Shown: positions 10,307 through 19,611 of the stretch, piece after piece
How the letters are laid out: each line of letters begins with the position of its first letter
Position numbering within the stretch: the first letter of the stretch is position 1
Source: an uncultured Methanotrichaceae archaeon
GTDB lineage: Archaea; Halobacteriota; Methanosarcinia; Methanotrichales; Methanotrichaceae
Assembly (NCBI GenBank): GCA_964604285.1
Contig: CAZRYL010000002.1
Coordinates: 6,669-70,668 of the forward strand
DNA: 64,000 bases
Reading direction: 5' to 3'
Notes under the pieces: model-generated
The model's input: only the letters and a program-made list of their open reading frames with translations
Databases searched by the model: none
Told to the model about the DNA's origin: nothing
Program-made: the position numbers and the translations under genes

Positions 10307-11515
10307 TCAAAAATCCATCAAAGATCTTTGAGGCGGACGAGATTGTGAGATCTCGCTTTCAGGAAGCCTGATCTCCCCATATTTTCCGCCACCGCCAGGG
10401 ATTACAATTACTTTTCCCGACCTGAACGCCTCAATAGCGGCCAAGATCCTCGGCTCAGATTTCAGCTCGGACAGATCTGCTCCCACCAGCACATCGATCT
10501 CCGTTCGATCCGCTGTCAGCTCATTCCAGCGCTTCTGTACGCCGACCGCAGTGGCGCTCTTGTTCCCCATCGCAAGGGCGATGATCTCTGCCAGGGGAAT
10601 TAGGTGCAGGTAAGGTGGCCGATGGCCAGGATGCACAGGCTCTGGATAGTCAGCCAAACAGTTCACCCTATCTTGCACACCCAGTTTTATCTGCCCCCGG
10701 CACTCCGGGCAGCGGCCCATAAACTCGTCCTTCAAAGAAGCGCTATACTGCCGGAAGCAACGAGTGCAAGCAGTGCGATTGTACTTTCCTTCAGCGGGGT
10801 AAAAGCCGACGTTCAAAGTCGGCCGGCGCCCGCTCTCGCGCTTGATGGCCAGGGCAAGCTCCTTGTAGCTCAAAGTGTCCATCTCCATCTGGTTGAACTC
10901 GCGGGCGAGTTTGTTGGCGCGGGGTGAGTGTGCATCCGAGTTGGATAGAAACGTCCTGTTGGAGAGATCTGCAATTCTATCGGCATAGTCGGTGTCGGCG
11001 CTCAGGCCAAGCTCTATGAACCTGATCGCATCCGCCTTCTCCTGGTAGCATTCACTCAGGGATTTGTAGTAGGCGAAGATTCCCGTCCAGGGAGTGAAGG
11101 CGTGGCTAGGCCCGATCAATCCATCTGCCTCCAGAACCACATCAGCGATCTCTGCCCCGTTCATGTGCAGCCTTGGCCTACCGTCCGTTTTCAGGTTTGT
11201 CGATCTTGGGGCAAAGCTCTCCTGAAGCTCCTTGGCCTTTGAGATTTCCGGAAGCAGGATGAGATGATGCACACGGTGCGAATCCTCCACCTCCACGCTC
11301 AGTGCAAATAGAGTGTCTTTCAAAACAAAGAGCCCTTCGTTTTCTGGAAGCTCCTTGATCGCGTCCAGCCATTTGGGAAACAGGCAATCGCCAGTGCCCA
11401 CAACCTTCACCCCTTTTCGCGCCGCCTCCCTGGCGATCTGTGGCAGCTCCATATCCTGGGAGACAGCAGTCGAATACTTGGAGTGGATGTGAAGATCCAC
11501 GTTAGCCAGCATCAC
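10307..11515 (-). CDS. endoQ: Endonuclease Q (TIGR00375 family, PHP domain plus Zn finger)
   Basis: DLHIHSKYS, PSHAFTPW, ELGLSAD, SNSDAHS, GKY..CTRC...CPEC. Confidence 0.85.
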   Translation of the reverse strand: MMLANVDLHIHSKYSTAVSQDMELPQIAREAARKGVKVVGTGDCLFPKWLDAIKELPENEGLFVLKDTLFALSVEVEDSHRVHHLILLPEISKAKELQESFAPRSTNLKTDGRPRLHMNGAEIADVVLEADGLIGPSHAFTPWTGIFAYYKSLSECYQEKADAIRFIELGLSADTDYADRIADLSNRTFLSNSDAHSPRANKLAREFNQMEMDTLSYKELALAIKRESGRRPTLNVGFYPAEGKYNRTACTRCFRQYSASLKDEFMGRCPECRGQIKLGVQDRVNCLADYPEPVHPGHRPPYLHLIPLAEIIALAMGNKSATAVGVQKRWNELTADRTEIDVLVGADLSELKSEPRILAAIEAFRSGKVIVIPGGGGKYGEIRLPESEISQSRPPQRSLMDF

Positions 11516-11574
11516 ATTCAGATCTCCTCCCTGGGGATAAACCCTTTATGCTCTCTATGCATCATTTCAGGATT

Positions 11575-12354
11575 GTGAAAGAAAGCCTGAGAGAGGTGCT
11601 CGAAAGTTTTGGCCAGGGCAAGATCTCCCTGGAGGAGGCCCAAAGCCGCATAAAATTCCTGAGCTACCGGGCAGTAGGAGAGGTGGCCAAGCTCGATGTC
11701 TGTCGCGCGGATCGCATCGGCATTCCTGAAGCCATATTAGCAGAGGGCAAGGACAAAACCGATCTAGTCGACATTTCTCTGGCTCACCTGGAGGAGACAG
11801 GCCACGTGATCATCACCCGCGTCTCAACTGAACAGCTGGAGACCCTGCGGGCTGCAAAGCTGCCAAAAGGCGCCATGCTTGAACACAACCCCTGGGCCAG
11901 AACAGTTGTCCTGAGATCCGGTGAAAGAAGGGCTGCATCGGGCACTGTGGGAATCTTGACAGCCGGTACCACAGACATTCCAGTTGCAGAGGAGGCCAAG
12001 GTGGTAGCAGAAGAGATGGGCTGCAATGTGGTCTCTGAGTACGACGTGGGCGTTGCCGGCATCCACAGGCTATTCCCAAGCCTGGAGAAGATGTTAGACG
12101 CTGATGCCCTCGTCGTGGCTGCTGGCAGGGAAGGCACATTGCCAGCGGTTGTCGCAGGACTTGTGGATGCTCCAGTAATAGGTCTGCCTGTCTCGACAGG
12201 TTACGGCCTGGGCGGCAGCGGCCTGGCTGCCCTTTACTCCATGTTGCAGTCATGCTCAGTCCTTACTGTAGTTAATGTAGATGCGGGCTTTGTAGCTGGC
12301 GCTTTTGCGGCAAAGATCGCCAAACAAAAATCGTATGGCAAAAAACAGTATTAA
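11575..12354 (+). CDS. larB: Nickel-pincer cofactor biosynthesis carboxylase LarB (PurE-like)
   Basis: R.GIPEAILAEGK, AGTTDIPVAEEA, DVGVAGIHRL, GREGTLP, PVSTGYG; GTG start chosen by homology expectation. Confidence 0.85.
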   Translation: MKESLREVLESFGQGKISLEEAQSRIKFLSYRAVGEVAKLDVCRADRIGIPEAILAEGKDKTDLVDISLAHLEETGHVIITRVSTEQLETLRAAKLPKGAMLEHNPWARTVVLRSGERRAASGTVGILTAGTTDIPVAEEAKVVAEEMGCNVVSEYDVGVAGIHRLFPSLEKMLDADALVVAAGREGTLPAVVAGLVDAPVIGLPVSTGYGLGGSGLAALYSMLQSCSVLTVVNVDAGFVAGAFAAKIAKQKSYGKKQY

Positions 12355-12399
12355 ATTATTGTCAGAAAAGTATTTATACGATCAAAAGGCTGATAACCG

Positions 12400-12450
12400 T
12401 GAGCGGGTACACTCATCTTTTTTACTAACCCCCACTCCCCTACCCGCTCA
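12400..12450 (+). ncRNA. Candidate small RNA or leader hairpin
   Basis: Perfect 10-bp stem TGAGCGGGTA/TACCCGCTCA with a 31-nt C/U-rich loop, starting about 22 nt after BRE-TATA GAAAAGTATTTATA (12365-12378). Confidence 0.4.
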
Positions 12451-12862
12451 ATACTAATTCAATGCTAATCACCCTTCGAGAAATAAATTCGGAAAACAAG
12501 CATCAGCACAATCGGATTGGGAGATCCAGGGCGAGGGCAGCAGCATTCTGGCCAACCCTCGCTTACTGGTGTTGAATGGACGCATGGAATACCAATTTAT
12601 CCCAATACACTTTCCTTTATACAAGTTAGTTTTACTTAAGGCTTTCGGTTTCAAGATACTTTCACGACGCCCAGAACAGCTTTAATACTCAGTGACGACC
12701 ATACTTCAAGCGTTTCCTTTATTACTTCGAGGAGACATATTAGTCTTAAAATTTTGATGAAGTTTGAAGCGCAAAGCCGATAAGCAAAGGGCGAAATAAT
12801 GCATTAATAAGTTGATGTTAGAGAGGATGCGTCATGTTTCTGTATCGTAGAGGGGATGGGCA

Positions 12863-15800
12863 TTGAGCAGCAGAATCGTTCAGCAGACCCTGGAAGGGTT
12901 GGCCGTCTCGGCCATGCCAAGAGTCAGGACTACGGATGGCCATCTCCTGGACTGGGACAGAGAGGCCATAGCCAAACAACTCTTAAAGGAGACAAAGCTA
13001 TCAGAACAATTTTATAAAGAGCCGGGCATCACAGAAGAAGAAGCCAAGGACATCGCCAAAGAGGTGGAGCGCCGGGTAAGGTGGATGAATGTCCAGTATC
13101 TCAGCGGTCCTTTAGTGAGAGAGATCATGAATGTGGTTCTCCTGGAGAGGCACCACACAGAGTGGAGGAACATCTGCACGCGAGTTGGAACGCCTGTCTA
13201 CGATGCTCACCTCATCGATATCGGCACTGGCTTCGAGGCCAAGGAGAATGCTAACCTGCAGGAGAACGCAGAGACCAGCCACAAGAAGAAAGCGGACAAG
13301 ATCAGCAAGGAGCAGTACCTGTTGCTTTTGCCGCCGTACCTCGCCGACCGTCACCTTGCAGGTGATCTTCATATTCACGATCTCGAATATTTTGGAACCA
13401 GGCCTTTTTGCTTGGACGGAAGCACAGTCGTGCCTGTAATCTCGAAAGGCAGGCATATAACTGTGCGGCTAGATGAGCTGCCCTTCGAGGGCGATTATTA
13501 TTATCCTGAGAGTCTCTTTGCCATCTCACCCCAGGGACCCAAAAAGGTCAAAAAGGTCTCGCGACGCCCAGCCGATAAAGAGCTGCTGAAGATAACGACC
13601 TCCAGCGGCAAGTCCCTGAAGGTCACCAGAGAGCACAGAATACCGGTAAAGGGCGAGGGCATAAAAAGGGCGGAAGAGATTAAACCAGGGGACGTCTTGG
13701 GCGGAGCCAGTGAGTTTGGCCTAAATCTGCGTGGCAAGCCCATAGAAAGCTTAGATCTGATAAGCGAATTCGTGGATAAAGTTCCTGCTTCACTCCTGGA
13801 GAATATCTTTGTGCGCGGCGCTCGTTCCCTCTTCCAAAAAATTATCGCCCAAGGAAAATGCAGGTCATTCTCGGAGATATCCAGAGCGTTGGGTGTCGAG
13901 CACCACAAGGAGTGGTTCACCAAGGGCATAATGCCCATCTCACTCTTCAAGAGATTCTGCGAGCTTTATGATCAGAACCACTCTATGGATTTGAGGTTAG
14001 GCGTGGCTGGCAGTGAGCACGATCTTCCCGTGATCTTTCCCCTTACCTCGGATGTCGCTAAGCTGCTGGGCTTCTTCATCTCTGAGGGCAACTACAACAT
14101 CCAGGAAGCCTGCAGTTACGATTTGGCTATAACCGGCAGCGAGCATTCAGAAGCAGTAAAGTGCTATGCTAGAGGCGCTCTCAATAGCTACGCAACTCTG
14201 ACCGAAGGCAATCCCTCCACCAGAGTGATTTATGGCATAGAGGGTGAATGGGATAAAGCCAAACAAGTATACTTTGGCGGCAAGCTGATTTACTTGCTCT
14301 TCAGGTACGTCTTCGGCATATCGGGCAAAAGCCACAATAATAGGCTTCCCAATATCGTTTACCATCTGAACGACGAGCTTCTTTCTAGCTTCCTCAGTGC
14401 ACTCTTTACCGGCGATGGCTCAGCATTCTACCGGCCGGAAAAATCCGATTGCATCGTAAACTATACCACAGCTTCGGAGATGCTACGCCAGGAACTTTCT
14501 TTGCTCCTGACATCCTTGGGAATTAATCCGCAAATAGTGGAGCTCTACGAGGGTGAGGAGAGGCGAACCCTTTACAGGATACAGCTCAATGGCTTCCGGA
14601 ACATCTTGGCCTTCAGCAGAGTGGCAAAATTTTACGACGAGAGACAAGGGCACATCGAGAGGTTCTTGGCTGCCGTCAATGAGATTCACAAGAGCCCGAG
14701 ACAGGAAGTGGTCACGGAGATCGTTCTTACCAAGCCTTCTGGTGAATATGTCTACGACCTGTTCCTCGAAGGAGAAGACGAAGAGAGCCACACTTATTTT
14801 GCCTCAGATGGCCTGCTGATTCACAACTGTCAGGACTGGGATCTGCGCTACTTCTTCTACTACGGCCTGATGCCAGATGGCCTGGGCACAAAGGCCAGCG
14901 TTGCAGGCCCAGCCAAGAAGCCTGAGGTCGCCATACTGCATGCAGTAAAGGCCCTGGGCAGCGCTCAGACCAACTTCGCAGGAGGCCAGGGATTCTACAA
15001 CTTCCTCACATTCATTGCGCCCTACTTCGAAGGGCTGCCCTACGAAGAGATCAAGCAGCTTATGCAGATGTTCGTCTACGAGATGACTCAGATGATGGTA
15101 GCTCGTGGCGGCCAGCTGGTATTCTCATCTGTACAGCTCACTCCCGGCGTGCCGCGGCTCTGGCGAGACAAGCCAGCGGTCTACGCAGGTAGGGTCTGGA
15201 ACGGCTCAAGCCCCGACGCCCCTCTCAAGACCTATGGCCAGTTCGAGCGAGAGGTACGCCTGGCGTTCAAAGCCCTGATGGAGGTGATGCTCGACGGTGA
15301 TTACTGGGGCAAGCCATTCAACTTCCCAAAGCCCGAGATCAGCATCGAGCCAGATTTCATGAAGGAGGACGATGCATTCAATTCCGCCCATCCGGATCTG
15401 CCCACCTACCAGGACCTCTACCTGTTGACGTTTAAGCTGGCCGCGGAGTTTGGCACTCCATACTTCGACAACCAGCTTCCGGCTTATCGCGGCGCAGGAG
15501 AGGGGATATCATGCTATCAATGCTGTGCCTATCAATTTGCAGCTACATTTGACTCTGATGACAAATTTTTGGAGAAATTGCATTTCAAAAATGGCATGCA
15601 CTTCTCCATGGGCTCCTGGCAGGTGGTATCTCTCAACTGTCCACGCGCCGCATACCTGGCTCGCGGCGATGACGAGCTTTTATTCGAGTATCTAAGGGAG
15701 CTGATGGACACATCAGTGGAGGTATTCAAGGTAAAGCGCGAGTGGATGAACCAGATCATCAAGAACCATCGCATGCCATTCGCCACGCAGCAGCCGCGCG

Positions 15801-16558
15801 ACCCCATCACAGGCGAGAAGGGCTCAATAGCTGTCGGCCTTGAGGGGCTGGTTTACACCATCGGCGTGGTGGGTGTAAATGAGATGGTGCAGTTTCACAC
15901 AGGAAAGCAGATGCATGAGTCCAAGGATGCCTGGCGCCTCGCGGTGCGCGCTATGACAGAGATGGAGATCTATGCCAAAAAGCTGAGTGCTCAGCACGGC
16001 ATGACCATCGCACTGGCGCGAACACCGGCCGAGACCACAGCCCAGCGATTCGCGGTCTCAGACCTCATTCACGAGGAGTTCAGGGAGTGTGCAGAGCGCG
16101 TTGTGAAAGGCGATCTTGATGCAGTGAAGAAAAATGTGCAACGTACGCGCGATCTGCCAGTCTATTACACCAATGGCACCCACCTGACGCCCAGCGCTGA
16201 TGTGACCATCTTCGAGAGGGCGAGGCTGGAACACGTGTTCTTCCCAATAGTTGACGGCGGCAACATCTTCCATATATTCATGGGCGAGGCCACCCCGGAC
16301 CCTAAAGGACTTATGGAATTTGGCATGCGACTGGCCAGGGAGACACAGATCGGCTACTTCACATTCACCAAGGATATGACTGTATGCCTGGGCTGCTCTC
16401 GGGTCTCAGGAGGGCTTAAAGATAAATGCCCGAGCTGCGGATCGAGTGAAGTCGATCATATCAGCCGAATTACAGGCTACTTGCAGGCAGTGAGCGGGTG
16501 GAACAGCGCCAAGAGACAAGAGCTAAAAGATCGAAAGAGATATGATGAACTCGTATAG
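12863..16558 (+). CDS. nrdD: Anaerobic (class III) ribonucleoside-triphosphate reductase, intein-containing
   Basis: ATP cone, HIHDLEY, YQCC finger loop, TPAET, YYTN, CxxC/CxxC Zn site, glycyl motif SRITGYL. Confidence 0.95.
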   Translation: MSSRIVQQTLEGLAVSAMPRVRTTDGHLLDWDREAIAKQLLKETKLSEQFYKEPGITEEEAKDIAKEVERRVRWMNVQYLSGPLVREIMNVVLLERHHTEWRNICTRVGTPVYDAHLIDIGTGFEAKENANLQENAETSHKKKADKISKEQYLLLLPPYLADRHLAGDLHIHDLEYFGTRPFCLDGSTVVPVISKGRHITVRLDELPFEGDYYYPESLFAISPQGPKKVKKVSRRPADKELLKITTSSGKSLKVTREHRIPVKGEGIKRAEEIKPGDVLGGASEFGLNLRGKPIESLDLISEFVDKVPASLLENIFVRGARSLFQKIIAQGKCRSFSEISRALGVEHHKEWFTKGIMPISLFKRFCELYDQNHSMDLRLGVAGSEHDLPVIFPLTSDVAKLLGFFISEGNYNIQEACSYDLAITGSEHSEAVKCYARGALNSYATLTEGNPSTRVIYGIEGEWDKAKQVYFGGKLIYLLFRYVFGISGKSHNNRLPNIVYHLNDELLSSFLSALFTGDGSAFYRPEKSDCIVNYTTASEMLRQELSLLLTSLGINPQIVELYEGEERRTLYRIQLNGFRNILAFSRVAKFYDERQGHIERFLAAVNEIHKSPRQEVVTEIVLTKPSGEYVYDLFLEGEDEESHTYFASDGLLIHNCQDWDLRYFFYYGLMPDGLGTKASVAGPAKKPEVAILHAVKALGSAQTNFAGGQGFYNFLTFIAPYFEGLPYEEIKQLMQMFVYEMTQMMVARGGQLVFSSVQLTPGVPRLWRDKPAVYAGRVWNGSSPDAPLKTYGQFEREVRLAFKALMEVMLDGDYWGKPFNFPKPEISIEPDFMKEDDAFNSAHPDLPTYQDLYLLTFKLAAEFGTPYFDNQLPAYRGAGEGISCYQCCAYQFAATFDSDDKFLEKLHFKNGMHFSMGSWQVVSLNCPRAAYLARGDDELLFEYLRELMDTSVEVFKVKREWMNQIIKNHRMPFATQQPRDPITGEKGSIAVGLEGLVYTIGVVGVNEMVQFHTGKQMHESKDAWRLAVRAMTEMEIYAKKLSAQHGMTIALARTPAETTAQRFAVSDLIHEEFRECAERVVKGDLDAVKKNVQRTRDLPVYYTNGTHLTPSADVTIFERARLEHVFFPIVDGGNIFHIFMGEATPDPKGLMEFGMRLARETQIGYFTFTKDMTVCLGCSRVSGGLKDKCPSCGSSEVDHISRITGYLQAVSGWNSAKRQELKDRKRYDELV
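13409..14827 (+). mobile_element. Intein with LAGLIDADG homing endonuclease (473 aa)
   Basis: Starts CLDGST; block B VTREH; LLGFFISEG and FLSALFTGDG motifs; ends VYDL..LLIHN followed by +1 Cys. Confidence 0.95.
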
Positions 16559-16630
16559 GCTAACGAAAGGTATATATCGGATATACTAAACTTGAAGATT
16601 TGCCAGTGTGGCAAATTGGAGGATTCAATA

Positions 16631-16807
16631 ATGCCTGCAGTTGTTAACAGAGAGGAATGCGTAAGCTGTGGAACTTGCGTTGAGGAGTGCCCCGAAGAAG
16701 CCATTACTCTGGACGACGAGGAAATAGCAGTCGTAAATAAGGAGAAGTGCACTGAGTGCAAGACCTGTGTCGAGGCCTGCCCATCTGAGGCCATAAGCAT
16801 AGAGTGA
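16631..16807 (+). CDS. 2x[4Fe-4S] ferredoxin
   Basis: [12 protein letters not shown] and [12 protein letters not shown]; GGAGG upstream. Confidence 0.92.
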   Translation: MPAVVNREECVSCGTCVEECPEEAITLDDEEIAVVNKEKCTECKTCVEACPSEAISIE

Positions 16808-16854
16808 CTGCACTACTTCCAACATTTTTTGCGTGATTTTATCGGTATTTGCGT

Positions 16855-17508
16855 TTATTTGTTGTCGGATATGACCTCATAGAACTGCTCCCAGTCCAGG
16901 GTCGTGGCGACACAGCCGGTTTTCGAGAGAGGTACACCCTGTGCAGGAATAGCATAGCTATGGCAGAGATCCAGGCCTTCTTTTATCTCCATCGAACATC
17001 CGACGCCGACGATGGCTCGCGGACGATATTTTTTTATGATCCTCTTTATGAAGCTGGAGCCTGGGACTATGAAGAACCTGCAGCCGAGGCTTTCCGCATA
17101 TCTCTTGGCCTCACCGACATTGCAGCGCCCGCAGTTGACGCACTTTATGCCTTCTGGAGTGAGCTTGGCAGGACACTCTGTGCTGCGTACGCATTGAGGC
17201 ATGAAGACAAACCGCTGATCCCTGGGCGTCTTGAGGAACTCATGATAATTTATGTAATTGCGAAGGCGCACGCCAACGTCATCGACTACGGCGTCATCCG
17301 CCCGAGCGATCCAGAAGAGCGATTTTATAACGCTCTCCAACAGAGTGGTTCCCAATAGCATTATGCGAGCTGCGAAGAAGTTGCCGGTCCTGAAGGAGTA
17401 AAGGATGAGCAGAGCAACAAAAATAGACAGCAACAAGACACATAGAGCAAGCAAAACCACAGCTTCACCAACCAGATAGAACAACCGATCCAGGAACTCC
17501 GGGAGCAT
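16855..17508 (-). CDS. DUF116 family membrane protein
   Basis: N-terminal TM segments, PQCVRS..CPA...CVNCGRC, VPGSSF, GVGC. Confidence 0.8.
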   Translation of the reverse strand: MLPEFLDRLFYLVGEAVVLLALCVLLLSIFVALLILYSFRTGNFFAARIMLLGTTLLESVIKSLFWIARADDAVVDDVGVRLRNYINYHEFLKTPRDQRFVFMPQCVRSTECPAKLTPEGIKCVNCGRCNVGEAKRYAESLGCRFFIVPGSSFIKRIIKKYRPRAIVGVGCSMEIKEGLDLCHSYAIPAQGVPLSKTGCVATTLDWEQFYEVISDNK

Positions 17509-17630
17509 GCTTGAATCTGCATCCCCTGGATTTATAAACCTGTTACTAGCAGCAACGGCGCAAGTTTTTTATTCCACCTGGGAATGAGGTTTATACCTTC
17601 GCCCTTATGAAAGTTGATGAGGATTAAAAA

Positions 17631-18086
17631 ATGGCAAAAATGCACAGCAGAAAGAAGGGCTCCTCTCGGTCTCGCCCACCAATGACATCTAAGGCACCTG
17701 CGTGGTCCGACATAACCAAAGAGGAGCTGGAAAAGGCAATCATGAAGCTACACGAGAGCGGGCTTCCATCCAGCAAAATAGGCCTGACACTGCGAGATCA
17801 GTATGGAGTGCCGAGCACCAAACTGGTTTTGGGCAAAAATATTAACCGTTTCTTGAAGGAGAACAAGTCACTCCCAGACATACCGGAAGATCTTAGCAAC
17901 TTGATGAGAAAAGCTCTGCACATTCGAAGACATGTCAAATCTAACGTGAAAGATATCCATAACAAGAGGGCTTTGCAGCTCACAGAGAATAAAATCAGGA
18001 GACTCGTGAAATACTACCACGACTCTGGGCGGCTGGCACCAGAATGGAACTACACGCCCGAGGCGGCTGAGATACTAGTCTCATGA
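17631..18086 (+). CDS. rps15: 30S ribosomal protein uS15 (S15P/S13e)
   Basis: MAKMHSRKKGSS, LRDQYGVP, IPEDL, KIRRLVKYY. Confidence 0.97.
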   Translation: MAKMHSRKKGSSRSRPPMTSKAPAWSDITKEELEKAIMKLHESGLPSSKIGLTLRDQYGVPSTKLVLGKNINRFLKENKSLPDIPEDLSNLMRKALHIRRHVKSNVKDIHNKRALQLTENKIRRLVKYYHDSGRLAPEWNYTPEAAEILVS

Positions 18087-19393
18087 AGCATCTCGACAAA
18101 ACCGCAGTAGCTATTGCCAAATCGATAATGCGTTGCGACAGTGTGCGTGTGATCTCGCATAACGACGCAGATGGGATCACATCAGCAGGGCTGATCTGCA
18201 ATGCACTCTTGCGCGCGAAGATCCCCTTTCAGGCTACCTTATTGAACCGTTTGGACGAATCCACGATCAGAAGCCTGGAAGGGCCAGTGATCTTCTGCGA
18301 TATGGGCAGTGGCAAGCCAGAACTCATCTCTCGCGTTAAAGGCGAATGCTTTGTCCTGGACCACCACAGGCCGACGGGCACCCTGGACTGTATGCACCTC
18401 AATCCCCATCTCTTTGGCATAGACGGAGCCTTTGAGCTATCTGCAGCCGGAACAGTCTACTCTGTGGTGCGCCACATGGGTGAGAACGTCGACCTGGCCG
18501 GGCTGGCGCTGGTCGGTGCCATGGGCGACCGCCAGGCTATGATAGGAGCTAATCGCTCCATCCTTGATGAAGCTGTGGCCTTTGGCTCTGTTGAGCTGAA
18601 GGCCGGCTTGAAGATTGCCGAAGACGGACCAGTTGATGAGGCTTTCCAGCGAAGCATTGAGCCGCTGCTTGATTTTACAGGAGATTCTGATAAGACCAAA
18701 GCATTCCTGGAAGGTTTAAAGATAAAGGGCGACATCCAGAATCTAGAGAAGGATGACCTGACAAGGCTATGCACAGCTCTGACACTCAAGCTGCTCATGC
18801 AGGGAAGCTTTGCCGCTGATTCAGTCATAGGCGAGGTGATACGCCTCAAGCATGAGGTCGTGGAAAACTCCCTTGAGATGGTTCAGCTTCTCAACGCCTG
18901 CGGCAACAGAGATCTTCCAGGCCTTGGCCTGACCTTGTGCCTGCGAGATAAGAGTGCCCTTGGAGAGGCAAGGAAGCTGGCAGCCGACTACAAAGGCCAC
19001 ATCCTGAGGGAGATAAAAGCACTTCGAGAGCAGAACAAGACAATGAAGAACATTCGCTACCTGAAAGGCAATAACATGGAAGCGGGCTCTGTGGTGGCGG
19101 GCCTTGGAATAAGATACCTTTACACTGATCTGCCCTTGATCACACTGAATCACAAAGATGATATAGTCAAGATATCCGCCCGAGGGACAAAGCCGCTGAT
19201 ATCCCGAGGGCTGGATCTGTCCGCGGCCGTGAGAAAGGCAGCCGAGGCAGTTGGTGGCGTTGGTGGCGGCCATACCATCGCAAGCGGAGCATCCATCCCA
19301 CCGGGCACTGAGGAGACTTTCCTGAAACTGTTAGACGAGATGGTTGGCTCGCAGCTTTCCAGGGGCTCTGCGCCATCCGAGGATGCGACATGA
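18083..19393 (+). CDS. DHH/DHHA1 phosphoesterase (RecJ-like)
   Basis: SHNDADG, DMGSG, LDHH, GAMGD, GGGH; conserved position after rps15. Confidence 0.9.
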   Translation: MKHLDKTAVAIAKSIMRCDSVRVISHNDADGITSAGLICNALLRAKIPFQATLLNRLDESTIRSLEGPVIFCDMGSGKPELISRVKGECFVLDHHRPTGTLDCMHLNPHLFGIDGAFELSAAGTVYSVVRHMGENVDLAGLALVGAMGDRQAMIGANRSILDEAVAFGSVELKAGLKIAEDGPVDEAFQRSIEPLLDFTGDSDKTKAFLEGLKIKGDIQNLEKDDLTRLCTALTLKLLMQGSFAADSVIGEVIRLKHEVVENSLEMVQLLNACGNRDLPGLGLTLCLRDKSALGEARKLAADYKGHILREIKALREQNKTMKNIRYLKGNNMEAGSVVAGLGIRYLYTDLPLITLNHKDDIVKISARGTKPLISRGLDLSAAVRKAAEAVGGVGGGHTIASGASIPPGTEETFLKLLDEMVGSQLSRGSAPSEDAT

Positions 19394-19611
19394 TCTCGGC
19401 CAGGCTGCTCTTCTGGGGGAAGGGCGCAGAGCAAGTCGCCAGATCGATTGAGCCCGACAACCTGCCAAATATGCGCCTTCATGCAAAAGGCGAGACCCTT
19501 TGTCTGGAATTTTCGACTGAGAAGATTGGTACTTTGCTCTCCACGGTCGACGACCTGGTGATGAATATTAAAATAGCAGAAGAGACGCTAAACTCTACGG
19601 AGGAGAGATGA
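19390..19611 (+). CDS. pcc1: KEOPS complex subunit Pcc1
   Basis: SIEPDN motif, size and conserved gene order. Confidence 0.75.
   Translation: MISARLLFWGKGAEQVARSIEPDNLPNMRLHAKGETLCLEFSTEKIGTLLSTVDDLVMNIKIAEETLNSTEER

Noticed and set aside
16849-17358. 169-aa plus-strand ORF
   Set aside because: Almost entirely antisense to the DUF116 gene
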